This document shows positions 17,950-27,460 of a stretch of DNA of 48,705 nt, piece by piece. Both the position numbers and the translations under genes were made by a program. Each line of letters starts with the position of its first letter. The first letter of the stretch is position 1. Source of the DNA: an archaeon (GTDB lineage: Archaea; Nanobdellota; Nanobdellia; Woesearchaeales; GW2011-AR9); NCBI GenBank assembly GCA_023265925.1, contig JAHFSD010000004.1, positions 1 through 48,705 on the forward strand. The letters run 5' to 3'. Below the pieces are notes generated by a model that saw only the letters and a program-made list of their open reading frames with translations, ran no database searches and was not told where the DNA came from.

Positions 17950-18525
17950 ATGGCCAAGACTATTAAAGTAACCTTACCGGAGTTACCCGAAAGCTATCGG
18001 AAAGTGCTTCATTATTTTTTTTCTTTTCCCGAACAATCGATCAGCCTCAATGAACTGGCTAAGAAGGTGCAGGCCTCCAAGACGGCAGCCAAAGCAGCAG
18101 TCGTGCGTCTGGCAGCTGAAGGGTTGCTGCAGAAGGAACTGGTTGGCAATGCCTGGAGAATAGCTGCGGTTCCCCAGAATCCCCTGCTGGCGATGAGAAA
18201 GATACCCTATAACTTAGGGCTGATCTATGAATCAGGTATTCTTGCCCGGGTGCAGCAGAAAATGCCGGAAGCCCGTGCCATCGTCCTGTTTGGGAGTTAC
18301 CGCTGGGGCACGGACAATGAACAGAGCGACATTGACCTGGGAGTGGAAGTGTTGGGCAGCCAGGAGCTGCGTATAGAACTGCTCGGTGTCATTGAAAAGC
18401 TCGGTTTTCGCAGAAAAGTTCACGTCAATCTTCAGATTTTTTCCCGAACCGGGATAAACTTAAATTTATTCACGAATATTGCCAATGGCATTGTCTTAGC
18501 TGGGCTGTTAGAGGTACAGCCATGA
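17950..18525 (+). CDS. wHTH-fused minimal nucleotidyltransferase (MNT antitoxin)
   Basis: N-terminal HTH (LNELAKKV...L..EGLL). LFGSY.WG...SDIDL motif. Confidence 0.9.
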   Translation: MAKTIKVTLPELPESYRKVLHYFFSFPEQSISLNELAKKVQASKTAAKAAVVRLAAEGLLQKELVGNAWRIAAVPQNPLLAMRKIPYNLGLIYESGILARVQQKMPEARAIVLFGSYRWGTDNEQSDIDLGVEVLGSQELRIELLGVIEKLGFRRKVHVNLQIFSRTGINLNLFTNIANGIVLAGLLEVQP

Positions 18526-18938
18526 GACAAAAACACCGCGACACCAAAAATGCCGCCAGCATAATAGAGGCTGCGGTGAAGCAGATAGAATATACTTTAA
18601 CCCTGGCGTCTACTGATGATTCGGCATTTAATATCATCAGGAACGTCTATGAATGTTTTAGGATGTTAGGCGGGGCGTTATTAGTGGCGAAAGGCATTGA
18701 ATCGCAGGATCATCTTGCTCCCCTCCGGGAACTGCTGCAGCTCAATGTGGAAACGTCACGGCCGACGAAACTGCTGGAGAACTTACGGACGATCAGGCAC
18801 AATATTAACTATTACGGCTATACCCCAAAAAAGGTGGAAGCGGATGATGCCCTCTCCTGGGCCCGGGCTTGTTTTCAGCCCTTGGTTGAGGCCGTTCGAC
18901 AGGAAATAGGGAAGCTACCCGGTGCACAGAGACAATAA
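18522..18938 (+). CDS. HEPN-domain protein (partner toxin)
   Basis: All-helical; Y.CFR.L..ALL..KG...DH and RHNINYYG. Coupled to the MNT gene. Confidence 0.75.
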   Translation: MRQKHRDTKNAASIIEAAVKQIEYTLTLASTDDSAFNIIRNVYECFRMLGGALLVAKGIESQDHLAPLRELLQLNVETSRPTKLLENLRTIRHNINYYGYTPKKVEADDALSWARACFQPLVEAVRQEIGKLPGAQRQ

Positions 18939-19080
18939 ACTGAGCCCGTGATTTTGTGTGAAGATAACCTCTCCTCACTTCTATTATTATTTTCTATATT
19001 GAAGAATCTACCTGGGAAAAGTGGCAGCAACCTTTATATACAGCGAGAGGTTTCTTCCGTGCAGAAAAGAGGAAGGTGCT

Positions 19081-19182
19081 ATGGATCAATCGAAGGTAGA
19101 GAATGTGCTCTTTTGGCTAGTGGCTGCTATCTTTATTTTTGTGATGCTCTATCTTTTTTTAACTGGGAGGGCGTTCAAATGA
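19081..19182 (+). CDS. 33-aa single-TM microprotein
   Basis: MDQSKVENVLFWLVAAIFIFVMLYLFLTGRAFK. SD-like GGAAGGTG upstream, TTTATATA at ~19033, ATGA-coupled to the next ORF. Confidence 0.6.
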   Translation: MDQSKVENVLFWLVAAIFIFVMLYLFLTGRAFK

Positions 19183-19283
19183 TTAAAGCCGATTACTGGG
19201 ATAAGCTGATTAAGATTATCATGGGGTTACTCTTAATCTTAACACTGATCTTATTGATTAAACTGATTTTTGGAGGTGGTTAA
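19179..19283 (+). CDS. 34-aa single-TM microprotein
   Basis: MIKADYWDKLIKIIMGLLLILTLILLIKLIFGGG. SD GGGAGGG upstream. Confidence 0.6.
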   Translation: MIKADYWDKLIKIIMGLLLILTLILLIKLIFGGG

Positions 19284-19590
19284 AATAGCACATTTCCTCC
19301 AATGGGTGTTACGAATCTTTTTGATAGTGGTTGGGCTGCTGGCCATTTATCAGCTACTGCGAAAGATCTTTGGTGGCAGCTGGGAGATAGAAACTCTTAT
19401 TTTGACGGTCGTTATGGCCAACCTAAGCTATACTTTTTACATTGGAAACAAGATTTCCGAGCAGCAAGGTTGGTCGCAGCAGTTTGGAGAGAGATTTGGG
19501 GCGTTTGAACGGCGGTTTGAAACGCTGGAACGAAAAGTTGGTAGCTTAGAAACCGATTTCAGAGAGCATCTTCAGCACAGCAAGAAATAA
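19270..19590 (+). CDS. Two-TM protein with C-terminal coiled coil
   Basis: Two hydrophobic segments around KIFGGSW, then heptads FERRFETLERKVGSLE. Start codon uncertain. Confidence 0.65.
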   Translation: MEVVKIAHFLQWVLRIFLIVVGLLAIYQLLRKIFGGSWEIETLILTVVMANLSYTFYIGNKISEQQGWSQQFGERFGAFERRFETLERKVGSLETDFREHLQHSKK

Positions 19591-19620
19591 AAAAGAAGGA
19601 TATTTACTCATCCCATTCCC

Positions 19621-22600
19621 ATGAATCAAAAGAGGACCGGGCCGGAAGGCCAGAAGATGGTGGTAGTGCTAGGTGTAGCTGTTGTAGTTATACTTCTGGT
19701 TACTGCTTTAGTTCTGTTCTTTCCCAAAGGGAAGGTGGTGGGGAAGGCGGTGGGAGGGAATGTGCCAGTGGCAAAAGTGGTTAGTGCTTCTACTGGAGGT
19801 CAGTTCGGTCTAGATACTACTGGCTGTACAGCAGCAACGCCAACAATTCCAACATACACTACAGATATATCGAATGGAGTGTCTTTAGTCCCAGGTTATA
19901 CTGGTTGTTGTACGGGAAAAACTACTGGATTCTGTTTAGGAGACAATGATGATAACATTGGTAATGCTCTTGGAATATACTGTTATTCAACAGGATCGAT
20001 TAGACAGACTAGTAACTTTAATAAGTATTGTGCACAATCTTTTGGTGGACAGAGTTTTGTATGGGAACAATGCAATACCAATTTGGATTCGGGACGCACG
20101 GAAGACAACCGTTTCATCTGTGACGGCGCGACACCGGCATGGACCCCCTGCTCAAAAGTGGACGATGTCATCGGCAATTTCCGCTGCGATGGAACACAAT
20201 GGCAAGCCTGTGGGGAACAATTTCTTTGTATTGATGGAACAATTCCAGCAGATGATCAGGTTATTGAATGCAATCAAGCAAACAAATACACGACTGAAGA
20301 TAGTGGCAAATCTTATTGTAGTTTTACTCCCGCTTCAAACACGTTTAAATGGATCCCCTGCAACGCCGCCACCGCCGGCGAAGGCGTTGATAATGCTCCT
20401 GTTGATAATGCTCCCAATGCTGGAAGATACAACGACAATTTCGTCTGTGATGGCAGTGTATGGCAACCGGCAGATAATTGTGCTGCCTGCCGGGGCGAGC
20501 TGCCGGGATTGTGTGTGGGGAGTGCAACTATAAACGCGAGAGATGGACAGGAAGGTATATCATACTACGACACTGCTACAAATATTGGTCGGTATGTTGG
20601 CTGTGTAGAAGAAGGACAACAGGAATGTTTTCTAAAAAATCCTGATCCCAAAAATTATGGTATTGATGAAATAGGGTTAACTACTAACAAATGCGGTAAT
20701 AACCACCATTGGCTCTCTTGTCCATCATCATCAGGAGGACCAGTCCCCGTTCCCAGTGATGGCGGACATTGGCTCTGTGATGCAAATGGGTGGGTAGAAT
20801 GCATAGGCACAGGCACAGTAACAAATGTAGGTGAACCACGTGGTAGTTTCATCTGCTCCTTCGACTCATTGCAAAACAAATATGTCTGGTCCAGTGAATT
20901 CAGCTGCTCGCCGACACAGAAATTCGTCCTGAAAGATGGTGCTACTAAAATTTGTGATGGTGCAAACTATCTTGACTGTAACGACATAAAAGACAACAAT
21001 CCTTTCACCGCTCCGGATGTGGAAGTCGCCTGTCCGGAAGCGACCATAACCGTCCAAGAAAAAAACTGTAATAATAATGAGGACGATGATAATGACGGGA
21101 AGGCTGATTGTGGTGATGGTGATTGTGGAAATCCGTTGGCGCGTACTCTTGGCCCCAGCAATGATTACGAACTCGTGCTGCGAAAAGGTGACTGCTTCAA
21201 GATTAACATTAATCTTCCTCCTGCTCAGCCTCAAGGGCAACCGTTAGTGGCCTATCGTTTTCTAAACGTTTGTGATCAGGGAACGGAGGTATTTACGAAT
21301 AGGGTAACGTTATGTAAAGATACAACCAGCACTCCATTTCTAACAGTTGATTCCCTCACATTGCTCAAAAACAGTTTCAGCCAGCCACCTATAGATGGGA
21401 ACAACTTTAACTTTATCTTCGCCGAAGGCACACCCAAAACCGTCAATGTCATGCTCTGGCGCGACATTACCGCAAGCGACAAGACACCTTTAAATTTACC
21501 CCTCCTGACCTTCGCCCCCAACTTCGCTGCCGGACAACGTATCGTTATTTCACTGCAAGGGGAATCGTTTATCCTGTTCCATGAAGGCGAGCAGTTCAGT
21601 GAAGCAAACTTAAAATTATATCATATTGCGACCGGGCAGGAATTTCCCGCTCAGATCTATCCGGGAACGAATACCTATTTTTTCAACATTCTACCGGTCT
21701 TTAATGTTCAAAATCGCTTGATTACGGTGCAAGTGCTTAGTGCAGAGAATACCTTCCGCATCCGCGCTTTGGCGCCGGGAGAAAAACCACAAAGTTATCC
21801 TGTTCCGACCAGTTTAGCAGAACAATTTGAAGTCAGGTTTTCTAAAGCAGGCCCCGTACGCTTCGTTGATCCGAATAATGCCAATTTAGGCACCTTTGCC
21901 GTCTGCCGGGATGATATGGATGCCGATCCAACACAGGTGAAAATATGCCAGGATGATGATTTTGTCTTTACCCTCAAAGCCGGGGACCTTACGAAAAGGC
22001 TGGTAGGAACAAAAAAATATGCTTTTTTATTTGATGTGGTAGGCTCCGTGAAACAAGTGTCCTTGTTCAATCTGTCCAATCTCCAGGAACTAAGTGCGGG
22101 AGACCTGCCGGTTGATACTTTACTGGATTATAATTCCTTCATTGACAGCATGGTGAAAGGAAGAAGGGTAGCTCTGGAATTTGAAGGGAAGTTATACCTG
22201 TTGAAACATCCGGTACAGCAATTTATTTCTTTGCCAAGTATAACACTCCTTGCTTTTACTCCCGAGGGCGTGAAACCATTTACCCCAGTCGGCAGCCAGG
22301 ATTTGGTGGAGTTTCTTATTCCGGACGGAAAAATCAGTATCCGGCGACAGTACGGCGATCCCCCACCACCATTTACAATTACCGACCTCCGAACGGAAGA
22401 AATTGCGCCGGTAGAGTTGGATCGGGATTTATCGACCAGCATGTCGTCAACGGTTCCCGTGACAATAACTAATCCTGCCTTTGGCGTGGTACGGGCCAAT
22501 GACGCGGTCTACCAATTCGATGAAAATGTGTTTAATATTTCTTTGACTATCACTACGCCGAACTATCAGGGCCAACTTCTTTCATTCCGTGAGCCGGTCG

Positions 22601-23886
22601 TTCTGAATAATGCTTTGTTCAATTATCATACCGTCCTCACCCTTCCTGAACTGATTAAACAAGTGTCCATCTTCCGCCTGTACGATGTTTCAAGTTCCCA
22701 GACACAATCGCGGGAGTACAATGCTGAGTTCATCCAAACCTTTGTGGGTGGGAAGAAGTTTGCCGTCCATCTCAATGGGCAATATTACCTGATGGGATAT
22801 GAAAACAGCAACCAGGCGCTTTCCTTTAACCTGAACCGGATGAGGGTCTCGACATTAGATGGAACACAGACTTTTACACCGACCGTGGTCACCACGTCGG
22901 AAATCCGCTTTACCTTACCAACGGGTGAGCTCAAGGTACGCATCAATTATGCAACCACCAAGCTAGAACTCTCCACAGGAACAGAATTATTGACAGTGAT
23001 TCCATTTACCGGATACATGACAGAATTGACCACCACCAACTGGGTGCAGATTGGTACTAAGCGCCTGCGCTTATGCTTCCCGCAGATTTATGCGTCCACC
23101 ACTGCTGCAGGAATATGTAATGCTGCTGGTGTTCAGGAAGCAGAGGCTAATCCCACTGTCGTGGTGCCGGTTGAGGGAAGTAAATACGTTTTTGAATCCA
23201 ATCAACAGAAGGATGAGAATAAGCAGGTTTTTATCCGAAGGTTACTGAGCATTAATACAACTACAACCACGCCGTTCATCCATAAAGATTGGTTTAGTTT
23301 TGTGAATGAGATTATCAACCATCGGGAACCAGTATTTAATGTCAGTTCTCCGGCGGGTGGAATGCCGCCGTTATTCTTCATGCCCGTTGCCTCAGGACAG
23401 AAATTAGAGAACTTTGGCTTCCGCAGATATCCGGTGGGAGCGTCTTTGCCTGTGAATGTGCAGCAAATCAGTACGGGAATATTTAATGGCAGTGCAATAT
23501 TGCATGACCGGGTTGTATTTATCCGGCAGGGACTGATGATGAATGAAAGTGCGCCGGTGAATGTGAGTATGGTAGTACGGAGACAAGCTTACCTGCCCGA
23601 TAATGGTGATGCCATCATGGTTTCGTTAGAAAATTTAGCTGAGAAAGACCACATAAAATTTATAACATCGTTAACAAGTCCAGTTTATATGCTTCAGGGT
23701 GTTTCTGCAACTATAGACTTAACAACATTAATCCTCGACTCTGCTCAAAATACGATCTTTTCTCGACCCTTTGCCTCCGGTGATATAAAGATTGTCAATC
23801 TCGACGGCGTTCTCGTCAAAATTAAAGTTGAAAAAATTACTGCTGGTGGGACAGATGTCTCCATTCGGCAGGTAGTCCAAACATGA
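19621..23886 (+). CDS. Large (1421 aa) N-terminally anchored Cys-rich surface protein
   Basis: N-terminal TM followed by VVGKA; repeated C(D)G..W..C modules; CNNNEDDDNDGKADCGDGDC Ca-binding-like motif; repeated beta-rich C-terminal modules. Confidence 0.8.
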   Translation: MNQKRTGPEGQKMVVVLGVAVVVILLVTALVLFFPKGKVVGKAVGGNVPVAKVVSASTGGQFGLDTTGCTAATPTIPTYTTDISNGVSLVPGYTGCCTGKTTGFCLGDNDDNIGNALGIYCYSTGSIRQTSNFNKYCAQSFGGQSFVWEQCNTNLDSGRTEDNRFICDGATPAWTPCSKVDDVIGNFRCDGTQWQACGEQFLCIDGTIPADDQVIECNQANKYTTEDSGKSYCSFTPASNTFKWIPCNAATAGEGVDNAPVDNAPNAGRYNDNFVCDGSVWQPADNCAACRGELPGLCVGSATINARDGQEGISYYDTATNIGRYVGCVEEGQQECFLKNPDPKNYGIDEIGLTTNKCGNNHHWLSCPSSSGGPVPVPSDGGHWLCDANGWVECIGTGTVTNVGEPRGSFICSFDSLQNKYVWSSEFSCSPTQKFVLKDGATKICDGANYLDCNDIKDNNPFTAPDVEVACPEATITVQEKNCNNNEDDDNDGKADCGDGDCGNPLARTLGPSNDYELVLRKGDCFKININLPPAQPQGQPLVAYRFLNVCDQGTEVFTNRVTLCKDTTSTPFLTVDSLTLLKNSFSQPPIDGNNFNFIFAEGTPKTVNVMLWRDITASDKTPLNLPLLTFAPNFAAGQRIVISLQGESFILFHEGEQFSEANLKLYHIATGQEFPAQIYPGTNTYFFNILPVFNVQNRLITVQVLSAENTFRIRALAPGEKPQSYPVPTSLAEQFEVRFSKAGPVRFVDPNNANLGTFAVCRDDMDADPTQVKICQDDDFVFTLKAGDLTKRLVGTKKYAFLFDVVGSVKQVSLFNLSNLQELSAGDLPVDTLLDYNSFIDSMVKGRRVALEFEGKLYLLKHPVQQFISLPSITLLAFTPEGVKPFTPVGSQDLVEFLIPDGKISIRRQYGDPPPPFTITDLRTEEIAPVELDRDLSTSMSSTVPVTITNPAFGVVRANDAVYQFDENVFNISLTITTPNYQGQLLSFREPVVLNNALFNYHTVLTLPELIKQVSIFRLYDVSSSQTQSREYNAEFIQTFVGGKKFAVHLNGQYYLMGYENSNQALSFNLNRMRVSTLDGTQTFTPTVVTTSEIRFTLPTGELKVRINYATTKLELSTGTELLTVIPFTGYMTELTTTNWVQIGTKRLRLCFPQIYASTTAAGICNAAGVQEAEANPTVVVPVEGSKYVFESNQQKDENKQVFIRRLLSINTTTTTPFIHKDWFSFVNEIINHREPVFNVSSPAGGMPPLFFMPVASGQKLENFGFRRYPVGASLPVNVQQISTGIFNGSAILHDRVVFIRQGLMMNESAPVNVSMVVRRQAYLPDNGDAIMVSLENLAEKDHIKFITSLTSPVYMLQGVSATIDLTTLILDSAQNTIFSRPFASGDIKIVNLDGVLVKIKVEKITAGGTDVSIRQVVQT

Positions 23887-25961
23887 AAAAAGAAGAAAAA
23901 CTGCAAATCCAGCACCATAAGAAAACGTGGGTACCTTTAATAACTGTCTTCTTAGTGTTCATTTTTTTCATCGCCATATTTTTGAATTACCGTGCAGCAG
24001 TCGGAAAAGCTATACTTGTAGGTACTGAGGAATTTACTCCACAATCAGGAAGCACAATTGATTTGAGTCACAATGGAACAATTATTTTCACACCGCCTCT
24101 TCCTGATGAGAAAGGGGTAGTTCTTACTATTACTGGGAAGACTGATAATGGGAAAAGTGAAGAAGGTGTCAACTATGCGTACCTATTTAAATTGTTTAAA
24201 GTTGGTGAAAATAGGTACAGTTTTCAGATAGCTACTCAACAAGAACCCCAATCTTATTTCTTGCTGGATACGCTTATGCCCGGTGAAACAACGCCAGTAT
24301 ATTTAGATTTAAATAATGCTCCTGATTTAACTGTGTCGTTTCTCAATGGACAAAATATAAGTGTGCGGGCATTCAATGCCACCACTATTCCAATAACACT
24401 TCCATCACAGCCTTCCGGTCCTGGAACGGGTGGGAACGGAACAGGTGGTGGAACACCATTTTCCTTCACTCTCTCCAGTGAGGGAAAGAAGGTTGTGGCA
24501 CAAAACTCGTCTATAACAAATGTCATTGCTGCCACCATTGTTGCTGGTGCCACTCCGCAAGCAATTAATTTTAATCTTCAGGGGCTGCCACCAGCTACCA
24601 CTTTTAGCTTCACTCCCAGCTCCTGCTCGCCTAGCTGCTCATCTCTATTAACCATTACCACTACCTCTTCCACTCCCAATGGGACGTTTCCTGTAACGGT
24701 GCAAGCACAAGGAGGCAACATCACCCGAACAACTGCCTTTGATTTGATTGTAAATATCTCTCTAACTCCTCCATCCTCCCCGGCTGGGTTCGATTTCTCT
24801 CTCAGTAATGATGGGGATAAATCGGTCACGAATGGCTCTTCCGTCATCAGCACGTTAACGACCACCCTTACCTCCGGAAATGGACAGCTCGTCAATTTCA
24901 GCGGTTCTAATCTGCCGGCAGGAATTATCGCTTCCTTTGCACCGCAGAACTGTACCATTCCCTGTTCGACGAATGCGACGCTGGCAGCAGCTGGTTCCGC
25001 TGCTTTAGGCGAACATAAAATCATGCTCAATGCCACCGCTGCGGGAATAACCAAATCAACCAAGTTTGACCTGCGCGTCTATGCTCCATTAAACTTCACA
25101 CTCTCCCATGGCGGCGATAAATCTGCGGCGGCCGGCACCGCCATTAACAATACCGTCAATGTTCAACTTAGTGCCGGTACACCACAGACTATCACGTTCT
25201 CTTCCTCGGGACTTCCTTCCGGGACCAGCGCTTCGTTCACTCCCACTTCCTGTCTGCCACCCTGCTCCACGACATTAAGCTTCACCCCGGGAATTCTGGC
25301 GGCAGCGGGAGCATATAATGTAACGGTAACGGCCAGCGGTGCCGGCATAACCCAGAAAACGGCGTTTACCCTGCTCCTTACTACTGCTGCCAAAACGTGC
25401 GAGTACAACTGGCTCTGTGGCGATTGGTCGCTCTGCCAAAATAACTTACAGAGCAGAAGCTGTAACCGTATTGACCAGTGTGACAAGCTTGCCGGCACAA
25501 CAACAAAAATCGATCCCCTGCCCAAGCCGGAAACGCAACGCATCTGTCAGGCGCCTCCTCCGCCCGTCACGCCACCAACACCGCCACCTCAGTTATGCAG
25601 TCCCACTGCCAAACAATGTTCCGGCAACCAGCTGCAGCAATGCGGCTATGATGGCAAGAGCTGGACGACGCTGGACGTTTGTTCGGCAGGCTGTAATCCC
25701 GTGACGCTGCAATGTGAAGAAAAACTGCCGCTGAAAAAGCAGTTGCCCTTTCCCCCCTGGATCTGGTACTTGATCGGCTCGCTCGTCGTCGTGGCGGTCA
25801 TTGGCGTCATTATACTTTCCCTGCTGGGCCAGAAGAAATATGCTCCCGCGAAAGAATACATCGAAGAGGGCCGGGCACGGGGACTGTCCCGGGAACAGCT
25901 CCGGCAGCGCTTAGTCAGCCAGGGATGGAGCCCCAGGAAGGTTGATAAGCTATTAAAGTAA
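23883..25961 (+). CDS. Surface protein with three Ig-like repeats, Cys-rich and Pro-rich stalk, C-terminal TM and small cytoplasmic helical domain
   Basis: Three F.F(T/S)LS..G(D/K)K...LP....SF.P..C...C repeats; TM; tail YIEEGRARGLSREQLRQRLVSQGWS. Confidence 0.8.
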   Translation: MKKEEKLQIQHHKKTWVPLITVFLVFIFFIAIFLNYRAAVGKAILVGTEEFTPQSGSTIDLSHNGTIIFTPPLPDEKGVVLTITGKTDNGKSEEGVNYAYLFKLFKVGENRYSFQIATQQEPQSYFLLDTLMPGETTPVYLDLNNAPDLTVSFLNGQNISVRAFNATTIPITLPSQPSGPGTGGNGTGGGTPFSFTLSSEGKKVVAQNSSITNVIAATIVAGATPQAINFNLQGLPPATTFSFTPSSCSPSCSSLLTITTTSSTPNGTFPVTVQAQGGNITRTTAFDLIVNISLTPPSSPAGFDFSLSNDGDKSVTNGSSVISTLTTTLTSGNGQLVNFSGSNLPAGIIASFAPQNCTIPCSTNATLAAAGSAALGEHKIMLNATAAGITKSTKFDLRVYAPLNFTLSHGGDKSAAAGTAINNTVNVQLSAGTPQTITFSSSGLPSGTSASFTPTSCLPPCSTTLSFTPGILAAAGAYNVTVTASGAGITQKTAFTLLLTTAAKTCEYNWLCGDWSLCQNNLQSRSCNRIDQCDKLAGTTTKIDPLPKPETQRICQAPPPPVTPPTPPPQLCSPTAKQCSGNQLQQCGYDGKSWTTLDVCSAGCNPVTLQCEEKLPLKKQLPFPPWIWYLIGSLVVVAVIGVIILSLLGQKKYAPAKEYIEEGRARGLSREQLRQRLVSQGWSPRKVDKLLK

Positions 25962-25962
25962 C

Positions 25963-27426
25963 ATGGCACAGGATTTATTTTATCACCCGCCGGACTATAA
26001 GTCAGAGCTGCTGAAGAAACATGGGTTTCAGGAAGAAGTACGGGAAATCCTGAAGGGGCAGCATGGCAAGACCGGTTTTCCTGTGCCCCTGAAATTCTAC
26101 ACGATGTCCTGGGAAGTCTATGATTTAAGTTTGGAAGAGCCCTATTTCTGGGTGCTGGAAGTGTTAAAGGAAAATTTTCCGATCATTGAAAAATTAGAGG
26201 ATTCGTTTGCCGCTGCGGAAAATTCGGCTTTTTTTGGCGTGACCCAGCAAAGGTTAGGCGCGCAGCAGGATCGGGTATCTACCTTTTTAGCCACGATCGG
26301 CAAGATGGTCAAAGAATTGTTCCAGATGGTGCGCGAGTTACGCATCATTGACGAGCGGCTGAAATATTATGAGGCCGTGGAAGAAGAGCTTACCAAGCCA
26401 GTGGAGCAGCGCAAGAAAGGCGATGAGATTACCCTGAAAGGTTTTTTTGTTGATTTAGTGCAGGGGGGAGGAAAGAGCGCCGCTTCGGTCTATGGCATGG
26501 CGCGGGAATTAGAGTTCATTACCCTGCCAGACTTGTTTTTTGATGCGCCGCCGTTTCGTAACCAGACTGAACTCGAAGAACACGTCAACAACCTGGAAAA
26601 AAATTTTAACCGCAACGTGCTGCGCGTCTTGCTGCGCCATTTAACCCAATATCAGGAATGGCGAAAACGAACACATCAGGAGCATAAAAACAGGCGGCGC
26701 TTCCAGCTGGCCTATCTGCGACAGCATTTTGACATCATCAAGATGTACGTCAACTGGATCAAGCCCTATCTGCGCCATGTCTCCCGCCTGCACATGAAAG
26801 AAGGGAGCATGACTAAGGCAGACCTGGTTTCCGCCTTTGAAGGCAGCCTGCTGGATATCGAAGTGCTGGCCCGCCGCCGCGATGACGAAAAAAAAATGAG
26901 CGGCTGTATTTTAGCGACGTTTAACTACCGCACCAGGCCGGAGTTAAAAGTACAGCAGGAAGGCTATCAGCGCGGACCGGTGCACATCGGCCGGTTTGAA
27001 ATGAACCTGCGCATCTACTGCTGGTCGGATGAAGAAGTACAGAGGTACCATAAGCTTAAGGAAGATGAAACCATGTTTTTGATGGGCGAAGTCTCCGAAT
27101 CAGTGTATAAAGCGATGGTTTCCCTGGGGGATGAGTTAGATCATTATTATCAGGAATCGGCCGGCCTTTCCATGGCGGGAGAAAAAAAGCCTCCGGAAAA
27201 AGCAGCGGAACCGAAAAAGACGGTGCTGGAACGCTTTTTTGGCGATTTTTACACGCCAAAAAAAGTGCAGCAGGCTGTCAAGGTTTCCAGGAAGGAAGTT
27301 CAGTCGGAACAGCAGCGTCGGCAGGCAGTGATTGAAAAATTAATCAATGCTCCCGGCATGATTCGGGGCATCTGTTGGGGCGTCTTCCATAATTTCAAGA
27401 AGGCGCACCGGATGGTAGCGTGGTAA
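25963..27426 (+). CDS. Hypothetical protein (487 aa, helical, cytoplasmic)
   Basis: Long ORF starting 1 nt after the previous stop codon. No recognisable catalytic motif. Confidence 0.8.
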   Translation: MAQDLFYHPPDYKSELLKKHGFQEEVREILKGQHGKTGFPVPLKFYTMSWEVYDLSLEEPYFWVLEVLKENFPIIEKLEDSFAAAENSAFFGVTQQRLGAQQDRVSTFLATIGKMVKELFQMVRELRIIDERLKYYEAVEEELTKPVEQRKKGDEITLKGFFVDLVQGGGKSAASVYGMARELEFITLPDLFFDAPPFRNQTELEEHVNNLEKNFNRNVLRVLLRHLTQYQEWRKRTHQEHKNRRRFQLAYLRQHFDIIKMYVNWIKPYLRHVSRLHMKEGSMTKADLVSAFEGSLLDIEVLARRRDDEKKMSGCILATFNYRTRPELKVQQEGYQRGPVHIGRFEMNLRIYCWSDEEVQRYHKLKEDETMFLMGEVSESVYKAMVSLGDELDHYYQESAGLSMAGEKKPPEKAAEPKKTVLERFFGDFYTPKKVQQAVKVSRKEVQSEQQRRQAVIEKLINAPGMIRGICWGVFHNFKKAHRMVAW

Positions 27427-27460
27427 AGGTTTTTATAGTTCTCTTCTTCTCTTCACATCT

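Noticed and set aside
18948-19178. 5' part of the 111-aa ORF 18948-19283
   Set aside because: It crosses a TATA box and another micro-ORF. The real start is probably ATG 19179.
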